From: Macrostomum lignano
Lineage: Eukaryota
NCBI GenBank assembly: GCA_002269645.1
Contig: NIVC01001848.1
Coordinates: forward strand, 1 to 64,000
Direction: 5' to 3'
DNA length: 64,000 bases
Positions within the stretch are counted from its first letter, which is position 1, and each line of letters begins with the position of its first letter. Of this stretch, positions 37,253 through 46,600 are shown in pieces. Under the pieces are notes generated by a model. That model saw only the letters and a program-made list of their open reading frames with translations. It was not told where the DNA came from and made no database searches. Both the position numbers and the translations under genes were made by a program.

Positions 37253-38709
37253 TTACTCAAATTTGCAACCATTGAATGAACAGTTGTGGAAACTGTACCT
37301 GACCGACGGATTGTCATGACTGATGCCGGTGATCTGCACGGAAGACGACACAGGTACTGGCACCGGTGAACTCTCACGCAATGGAGTCGCAACAGCTTGT
37401 GAAGAACCATTCAAATCAAGTGCCATAGAAACAGCCTCACTGGTAGACTGCAGCGAGCGATCACGGCGCTTGGACAGGTAACGGCGAGTTGTCCTCTCAG
37501 AAACCTGACCGGTTATCGACATGATGTCAGCCAGGTTGTACCCAGCAGCCTCTAGATCAGCAATCCTGCTCACTCTACAACAGAAATAAAGTATTGCATA
37601 GAAAATATGCAACTGGTTTAAAGCAATATGAAGAAAAAGGCTTACCGAATGCAATGATTCGTGTACATCTTGGACAAACCGGCCTTCTCGCTCAAGTTTC
37701 GCATGAAACGCAGGAAGTAGTTCTCCCCACGATTCTGCTTTGTTGAGAACATAGGCTGTCCATTGGAATCCGTGTTGGATAGTGGACGCGGGAACAGATG
37801 GTTGTCCTTGGTTGTTGGAGGTAGCAGTTGTAGATATCTCCTCACTTTGGCCGTGTCGTAGATCCGAGCTTGTTTGTTGTCCGGCCTGGCCTTCGCCTTC
37901 ACAGGATCGGCTGACTTATTCTTCGTTGGCAGAGCAGGAAGACAGTAGTACTCCTTGCCGTCAGAATCCGTGTGCAATTCAAGCGAGTCCCTTTGTCTCA
38001 GGAACTTCAGATGCTCCTGGCCACGCTCTCCAAAGGAGTAAAGAACATAGAACAGAAATTTAGCCTGCTCGATTTCAGCCGTAGTCCCTTCAAAGTAGCA
38101 CCGCAACTTCTGCATGTCGCCTTCTTCAATTGGTTCATACTGCCTGGTGCAGTAACCATCTCGATGGAAATCACGAACCTTGACACGCAGCATCTCGTTG
38201 CAGGAATTGAATTCCTCACCACCGATTATATCGACAGGCAGCTTCAGAACCATGCGTAGGAAACGCTGAATTCCAGCCCGGATACAGATGAGAGAGGCCG
38301 GCGAGTAGAACGAGCCATCCTGTTTCTTCAGCTTGAAGTAGAAGTACCGAAGATATTGGTTCAATGTAGGATTGTTGACATGCTGAATGTTGCGCAGATT
38401 CTCCCCTTCCAGGAAGTCTCGAAAACGTTGGCCATGCTGGTACATCTGCTTCCGAGTATCCTCAGGCAGACTCTCGATCTCGATTCTGTCCATCTCGGAA
38501 ACGTCTATCTTTTCATCTCCATCGATCATTGGCAGCCCAGTATCAGCTGGACCATTTTGGACATACTTCAGGAACGCATCGAAATCTTCGTCGTGCCGAT
38601 CAACGGCAGAGGATTCCGAGAGGAAGTTCAGTTTATCCTGCGTGATGTTGCCGAGGTCCTCACACGGGAGGTTACCCCAATTAATATAATGTATTATCGG
38701 GTCGCTCAT
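37253..38709 (-). CDS. Crypton-type (DUF3504-like) tyrosine recombinase, two exons, 461 aa
   Basis: Exon 1 38709-37646, 71-bp GT-AG intron 37645-37575, exon 2 37574-37253 (1386 nt, no stops). Core-binding segment LNQYLRYFYFKLKKQDGSFYSPASLICIRAGIQRFL; catalytic R (FGERGQE), K (TKNK), HxxR (TNHCIR), TGQ in place of TGH, and Y (TTRRY). Confidence 0.88.
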
Positions 38710-38950
38710 GATGGACAGAAAACTCTTGAATCAACAGGTTTGGACAGACTACTTACTGCCTGGGAATCCCTCACACAAACCCCTTCACCCCCACTGAAAG
38801 TTTTGCCATAGACATTTCAACCCTCCATTCAATCAATAGGATTGTCATTGCCATGAACTCTCCACGCCTTTTGGCTTTCGTGCCATAGACGTTTGTGCCT
38901 CCTCCTTCTGGGCCACTTCGATTCGTGCCATAGATATTTCCTGCAATGAA

Positions 38951-39052
38951 GTTAACTGGAAGAGAGAACTCCAGGCAACGGCCAAATTTCCACTCGCGGC
39001 TAGCGCCGCTCGTGGCTTTGGCCGTTGCCTGGAGTTCTCTCTTCCAGTTAAC
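38951..39052. other. Perfect 36-bp inverted repeat / cruciform-capable hairpin upstream of the recombinase
   Basis: gttaactggaagagagaactccaggcaacggccaaa (38951-38986) is exactly inverted at 39017-39052. The 30-nt loop has additional pairing. Confidence 0.95.
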
Positions 39053-39936
39053 CCCCCAATGCACCCCAACCAAAGTTCGAAAAATCCAAGTTTAATATGA
39101 TACACTACCAAACCTCGTAGTGTTTCATATGCTGCAAAAAATAAAGCCAAGCTACTATGTACATTATTAGTACGATTTTCAGTCCCACGCTCAGGTTTGG
39201 ACTTTGACTCAGCTGTCTGCTTAACAAAGACGGTTTTGCTCAATTTTAGTATGCAGTTTCGTATTGTAAAGCATACTGCGATATATTATTAGTCATAGAG
39301 TCGGAACCTTAAACGCTATATAGCGCCAAATTGTTCTTACAATATTTGATAAAAAATAGGAAACCTACATTTTTACATCTACTAAACGGAACTCAGGTTT
39401 ACGAGTATTAGCGTAGGTTTATAACTAGCAGCACAATAACACAGCTCGGGAATTTAGTGCGACAGCTCAGCAGTATCGAAAACAATGAAGACTGGATGCG
39501 GGTGGAACGAACAATTTGTTAAAATGAAATGAAAAAAACTATTTTTTTATCGATCGCTTAAATCTAGCCTGAAATACTACTGGTGCCAGCACCAGGCTGT
39601 GTTGGGAATTTTGGGAGAAAAGCACTGAGGAAATATCTACATAAGATGCGTGCTCGCTGGTTTTTTAATAGTATGATGCACAAGTGTTGCCTATATAGAG
39701 TTAAGAGTAAACAATAGCCCGAATCAGCACCGCTGTCCAGCATACTGCAATAAATATAATAACAACTTTAAAAATTAAATAGAGCAAAACCTGGCTAGCA
39801 AATTTTCTTATTTACACGCAGAGCTTCGAATGATTGGGAAGAAATTGCTGCGTTTATAAAGTATGCAGCGAGATTGTTAATTATATAGGAAGACAAAGTA
39901 CATTGCAGTAGTACATGTGTACTTATGTACTTACTA

Positions 39937-41149
39937 TGCACGGCAGCCACTGCCACGGAACTGCACTCGGCACCCTAGCCAATCCAATTGATAATTGCAT
40001 TAAAAATCGGAACTAAGTTTGGAAATAAAGTTCTCTACTTAATTATCTTTTAACCAGAGAGCAGAGCCTTAAAACAGCTGACTTGGCTTGCAGCCTGCGG
40101 GAGAGTGCAGCTTGGAATTGCGAGCTGTCCGCTTGATTGGCTATGGCCGAGTGCGGTTCTGTGGCAGTGGCTTTGATTGGCTCTATTGTCTATGGCCGAG
40201 TGCGGTTCTGTGGCAGTGGCTTTGATTGGCTCTATTGTCTATGGCCTAGTGCGGTTCTGTGGCAGTGGCTTTGATTGGCTCTATTGTCTATGGCCGAGTG
40301 CGGTTCTGTGGCAGTGGCTTTGATTGGCTCTATTGTCTATGGCCGAGTGCGGTTCTGTGGCAGTGGCTTTGATTGGCTCTATTGTCTATGGCCGAGTGCG
40401 GTTCTGTGGCAGTGGCTTTGATTGGCTCTATTGTCTATGGCCGAGTGCGGTTCTGTGGCAGTGGCTTTGATTGGCTCTATTGTCTATGGCCGAGTGCGGT
40501 TCTGTGGCAGTGGCTTTGATTGGCTCTATTGTCTATGGTCGAGTGCGGTTCTGTGGCAGTGGCTTTGATTGGCTGTATTGTCTGTCTATGGTCGAGTGCA
40601 GTTCTGTGGCAGTGGCTTTGATTGGCTCTATTGTCTATGGCCGAGTGCGGTTCTGTGGCAGTGGCTTTGATTGGCTGTATTGTCTGTCTATGGTCGAGTG
40701 CGGTTCTGTGGCAGTGGCTTTGATTGGCTGTATTGTCTGTCTATGGTCGAGTGCAGTTCTGTGGCAGTGGCTTTGATTGGCTGTATTGTCTGTCTATGGT
40801 CGAGTGCAGTTCTGTGGCAGTGGCTTTGATTGGCTGTATTGTCTGTCTATGGTCGAGTGCAGTTCTGTGGCAGTGGCTTTGATTGGCTGTATTGTCTGTC
40901 TATGGTCGAGTGCAGTTCTGTGGCAGTGGCTTTGATTGGCTGTATTGTCTGTCTATGGTCGAGTGCAGTTCTGTGGCAGTGGCTTTGATTGGCTGTATTG
41001 TCTGTCTATGGTCGAGTGCAGTTCTGTGGCAGTGGCTTTGATTGGCTGTATTGTCTGTCTATGGTCGAGTGCAGTTCTGTGGCAGTGGCTTTGATTGGCT
41101 GTATTGTCTGTCTATGGTCGAGTGCAGTTGTGGCAGTGGCTGCCTTGCA
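39937..41149. mobile_element. TIR element whose right arm is expanded into a 49/53-bp minisatellite (about 40135-41140)
   Basis: The left end tgcacggcagccactgccacggaactgcactcgg is the inverse of the array unit and of the right end ggcagtggctgccttgca. Each unit contains ctatgg. Confidence 0.7.
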
Positions 41150-42119
41150 GCGAACGGGGATTCTTCACTTGATCGGGCTAAGAAGCGATGTTAAGATGAA
41201 ACTGTAGACAGTAGGTGCTAAAATCCTTTATCCTACTTAAGGCCCTAGTGGAGTGGAATTAGGCGACTGACGATATGTTGAGTAAATAACTTTCCAGCTA
41301 AGACTAGAGAGAGAAATTCAACTGTGTTTGTGACAGAATAAAAAAATCCCAATTGACAAATAAGTCAGAACATAACTCTCCATTTTGAGTCACTTTTAAA
41401 TCAGTAAAATCGTGAGTTGGTCAACAAAAATATTGAAAAATGAGCAAAAAAGCTTAACGCACAGATCTAACTACGAGCGTAACGCAAAATCACCCGTATT
41501 GAGCAGGACACAATGTAAAAAATATAGAATGGAAAACAAGTCTACAGACTGGAACCAAATGAAAGGCAGGTATATAGCTATGTCCTATGTGAAATAAATA
41601 ATAAATAACCAAAGGCTTAGCGAGCAATAGTAAAACACCTAACAAACAAAAGGATAAAGTGGACAAAAAATAAACTTACTAAAGAGAGTTACAAAGGCCG
41701 CTGGTTCTTATTATCGCAGATTAATATTTCCGTGCTCTATTTAGTAGGCAGAAGACGAAGGAAGTTGGTAGAAAATCAAACAAACCAAAAAATAGAACTC
41801 AAGTCCGAGTATTGAAAATCAGGTGAGGCACTGAGAGTATAGAAAGGAATTCCGAGGCTAGCTGAACAAACTTTGTAAAAACGGACAGCTAAATGGAATT
41901 GTACGAGTAGTATGTGTGAAATCAATGTGCCGTAGAATCTGTCAGTGCCCAAGAGGGCGGGTAGACAAAATTGTGTCTAAGATCAACTAAAAGTACAAAA
42001 TCAAATATTAATCGAAGGCTTTAGGAACGAAGGCAACACAAGTCTACAGAGTATGCTGAGATGCGAGGCATAAACTTTAAACTAACATGGAAACTGATTT
42101 TACCTATACCTGGTTGAGT

Positions 42120-43570
42120 TCCAATTTTGTCCAGGGTCAGAGCCCCGATAACCCAGCCTGATAATTGGTGGCAGGGGAGGCCAGGCCCAACCACCCCATT
42201 TCGTCCAGGGTCGGAGCCCCGATAACCCCGCCTGATAATTGGGGGCAGGGGAGGCCAGGCCCAACCACCCCATTTCGTCCAGGGTCGGAGCCCCGATAAC
42301 CCCGCCTGTAATTGGGGGCAGGGGAGGCCAGGCCCAACCACCCCGTTTTGTCCAGGGCCGGAGCCCCAAAATTCCCAGGCTGATAATTGGGGGCAGGGGA
42401 GGCCAGGCCCAACCGCCCCGTTTTGTCCAGGGTCGAAGCCCCGATAACCCCGCCTAATGGGGCGGCAGGGGTGACCAGACACGACAGACCAATTCATATG
42501 CAGTTTTTAATTTCAAAAAAAGATAGCTCTCAGCTTCTCTAGTCCTTACTGTGGGGCCTTTTTGGTTTAATAGTACAGCCTGTAAGCCTGTTTGCTTCAC
42601 ACTGAACATTTCATTTATTTATAAAAACCAAACACGTAGCATGTAGCAAGGGTATTGTCTATCCATCAGAATACCCATCCATCAAGGCGGAATTTAATTT
42701 GTGCATTTTGAATAAAAAATGTCAACCAAGCATTCCCAACTGAGCAGAGAGACAAAAAGACAAAGAGTGACTGTGGAAGCTGGGGGCAGATAGCTTGTAG
42801 CAGGAAGAAAAAGCAAAATGATGCAGTAAGTGAACACAGCTGCCGCACAAATCTAACTGCCAATGCCAATTTGCTCTTTTCTAAAATCTTTTAACAAAAA
42901 ATACTGCAAGCACAGAATATAAATTTAGAAAGTCTACATATCTTTCAACACTGAGGTAAGCGAATGCTAAAATAATAAATATAATTATGAATACAGCATC
43001 AGTTAATGGTCCGTCTATAAATATCTAAGCATTGCGTACAACTTTTTAATTAAGACCTCGCATAAACCGGCGGTCCGAGAGCGTGAGCGAGACTCTGAAA
43101 AAGATTAATTTAAAATACGCAATCGAATTTGCCTACTTACAGTAGAACAACATTGATGATTTGTCAATTAAAGCTATATCTCAAGCAGGGTTTTCGAGCC
43201 TCTGGCCCTGGACAAAATGGGGTGGTTGGGCCTGGCCTCCCCTGCCCCCAATTATCAGGCTGGGAATTTTAGGGCTCCGGCCCTGGACAAAATAGGGTAG
43301 TTGGGCCTGGCCTCCCCTGCCCTCAATTATCAGGCTGGGAATTTTAGGGCTCCGGCCCTGGACAAAATGGGGTAGTTGGGCCTAGTCCCCCTGCCCCAAT
43401 TATCAGACGGGGTTATCGGGGCTCCGGCCCTGGACAAAATGGGGTGGTTGGGCATAGTCCCCCTGCCCCAATTATCAGACGGGGTTATCGGGGCTCCGGC
43501 CCTGGACAAAATGGGGTGGTTGGGCATAGTCCCCCTGCTCCCAGTTATCAGACGGAGTTATCGGGGCTCC
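42120..43570. repeat. Inverted pair of approximately 74-bp tandem arrays (foldback-like)
   Basis: 42120-42470 (ggggaggccaggcccaaccacccc...) is the reverse complement of the units at 43190-43570. Confidence 0.85.
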
Positions 43571-43686
43571 GATCTGATCGATGAAATGGGACCCAAAAAA
43601 AACCCAGTATCTCATGACGATAAAATCACGTTTCTTGTAGTTGGCTAAAAACTATTTAGGCGCAAAATCCTGAGAATTCTTACACA

Positions 43687-46600
43687 TCAACTGTTGGCAT
43701 TGGCAGTCCTAGCCGAAGATGCCGATGGCCTCAGCAAGAACCGGTCCTGCAGCACCACGGCGTCAATAGCCGGCGATAAATGGCTAGTAGAGCGAATCTC
43801 GGTGAACCTCTTGCCACCGGAATTGTATTTATAAAATGACGCCACCATGTCGTGTCGAATCTCGGCGGGGCCTCGGCCAGCCAGTGAGAGCAGCCGGTCG
43901 CCCTCCTGGTCGTAGCTGTACAGGCCCAGGTAGTGGCACTTGGCGTCGCGGAACAGCAGCATGAAGTGCAGCGACTGGGAGGCGGCCAGCTCGGCTATAA
44001 CAGCTGTTTTCGCCGGCGCGTTCACGGGACCGGCCAGGCAACAGTGGCTGATGGCATTGTGAATGACCGCTCGGTTTGACTTCTCCTTGGGCTGGACGAA
44101 CAGCCGCACGGATGGCTGCTGCGGCTGCTGCTGCTGCTCAGACGAGTCGGCCAGGTGAGCGGCCGAGACCGAGCGGCGAGCAGACGACGCCGACAGTTTT
44201 CTACCGCTGCTGAAAACGGCCGGACGGCGGGGCGACGGCGACGGAGGCGGCTGCTGCGGACTGGCCTGAATGAGGCTGAGCGGCCGCTGCCGGCCCGTCG
44301 GCTTCGACTCATCGTCATTCGCTGCCGGGGTCACGGTGGACGAAGTCGACGCCGTGTCGATGCGGCGACGCGGCTGCAGTTGCTGCTGCTTGTGAGTGGC
44401 GGCGGCCCGGGACTTGGCGAGCTCCTGGCAGCGCTTCTGGCGCTCCTCGGCCCGCCGACGTTCGGCGGCCTCGCGTTCGGCCACGTCCGAGCGGCGCTTT
44501 TCCTCGCGCTGGCGTGCCATCTCGGCGCGTCGCTCGGCGCCGCGTTGCTAAAAACCGACGGTCGGTAGAGGCGGTGGCGACATTTAAGTTAAATTTAAAT
44601 AAGATTTCTTTTTTTTTACAAAAAAGCTTTGCAAAAAGTCAATGGATTCATAAAACATAAATAACCAATCTGCCAGCCGCTATTTTTTCCACTGAAAAAC
44701 ATGTTCTAAGAAAACTAAGAAATTTACCTACTAACAGTAGAGCATTAGCGATTTTATAAATAAAGCAAACTTTTCCTGGAAATCCGGCCTTCAATTAAGT
44801 TAATCAATCTCGGAGTCGCACACCCTGTACTAAGTACTAACCGCTGCTAGCCCTGCTTAACTTATAGATGATAATTTTCAAATCGGCTTTGCTTACTACT
44901 AATTATTTTTTTGTACTTTGAAAGCACCCACGATTTTTCGATTAGGGCTGTCGCGTCTTAGGAAGGGGGGCGCCAGCACCAAGGGGCGCCAGCACCAAGG
45001 GGCGCCAGCACCAAGGGGCGCCAGCACCAAGGGGCGCCAGCACCAAGGGGCGCCAGCACCAAGGGGCGCCAGCACCAAGGGGCGCCAGCACCAAGGGGCG
45101 CCAGCACCAAGGGGCGCCAGCACCAAGGGGCGCCAGCACCAAGGGGCGCCAGCACCAAGGGGCGCCAGCACCAAGGGGCGCCAGCACCAAGGGGCGCCAG
45201 CACCAAGGGGCGCCAGCACCAAGGGGCGCCAGCACCAAGGGGCGCCAGCACCAAGGGGCGCCAGCACCAAGGGGCGCCAGCACCAAGGGGCGCCAGCACC
45301 AAGGGGCGCCAGCACCAAGGGGCGCCAGCACCAAGGGGCGCCAGCACCAAGGGGCGCCAGCACCAAGGGGCGCCAGCACCAAGGGGCGCCAGCACCAAGG
45401 GGCGCCAGCACGAAGGGGCGCCAGCACCAAGGGGCGCCAGCACCAAGGGGCGCCAGCACCAAGGGGCGCCAGCACCAAGGGGCGCCAGCACCAAGGGGCT
45501 CCAGCACCAAGGGGCGCCAGCACCAAGGGGCGCATGTCTGCCAGCCTATTGGGGGGCGCGGCCCTCCATGCCCCTGGCCATGCCCCTGGCCATGCCCCTG
45601 GCCATGCCCCTGGCCATGCCCCTGGTTAATGGCAGTCATATGCAGTCGAATTCTAATGGACCGGCGGCTCACCTGCAATCGCAGTTTGACCTTGTCGGCC
45701 TGGCTGGGCTCCAGCTGCGGCTCATCCATCACCACTTCAAAAGCGGTGCCAGCGGCTCCAGCCTGACCGTTGCCAGCTTCCGGTTGCTCCGCTTCCAATC
45801 CCGATTCTTCTGCATCGGCAGCATCAGCGTCTTCGTTTTCCAATTTCGATTCCGCTTCCGCTTCCTCAATTGGTTCCACTTCCGGTTCCAGGGTGGAAGA
45901 GTTGGTGCGGCGTCGAACCCGCTGACGCACTGCCGGTTGATCCAGCGGCACAAAGAAGCTGCTGCCACCGGGAGACACTGGCGATGGCTGCTGCTGCTGC
46001 TGCTGCTGCTGGTTGGCCAGGTAAAACGAATTTTCCCCAGGAGTTGCCGGGGGACCCGGATGCAAGACCTGAGCAGCGGCTGCGGCAGTTGGAGCAGCGG
46101 CTGGAGCGGCGACGTCGCCGAAGCTGAAGCGAAACTGCGGCGACGCCGCTGCGGCGCCGTCATTGGCGGTCTCTGTCGTCGGGGGCTGCGCCACCTGGGA
46201 TTCGAGTTTGGTGGGATGCGGGAGTTAAACGCAAGTTTTGGGATAATTGGGACTGCTTTGGGATAATTGGGACTGTTTTGGGATACTTGGGACTGTTTTG
46301 AGATAATTGGGACTGTCTGGGGATAATTGGGACTGTTTGGGGACAATTGGGACTGCTTGGGGATAATTGGGACTGTTGGGGATAATTGGGACTGTTTGAG
46401 GATAATTGGGACTGTTTTGGGATAATTGGGACTGTTTGAGGATAATTGGGACTGTTTGAGGATAATTGGGACTGTTTTGGGATAATTGGGACTGTTTGAG
46501 GATAATTGGGACTGTTTTGGGATAATTGGGACTGTTTGAGGATAATTGGGACTGTTTGAGGATAATTGGGACTGTTTGAGGATAATTGGGACAGTTTGGG

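Noticed and set aside
38356-38811. 151-aa plus-strand ORF and other ORFs antisense to the recombinase
   Set aside because: Shadow frames with no recognisable motifs.
38845-39243. 132-aa minus-strand ORF upstream of the recombinase as a second element gene
   Set aside because: TTG start, passes through the hairpin, and no recognisable domain; cannot be supported without transcript data.
44899-45766. WCWRPLVLAPLGAGAP repeat proteins and the C-terminal half of the 431-aa ORF
   Set aside because: The real exon ends at the donor at 45673; the rest is a 16-bp intronic array.
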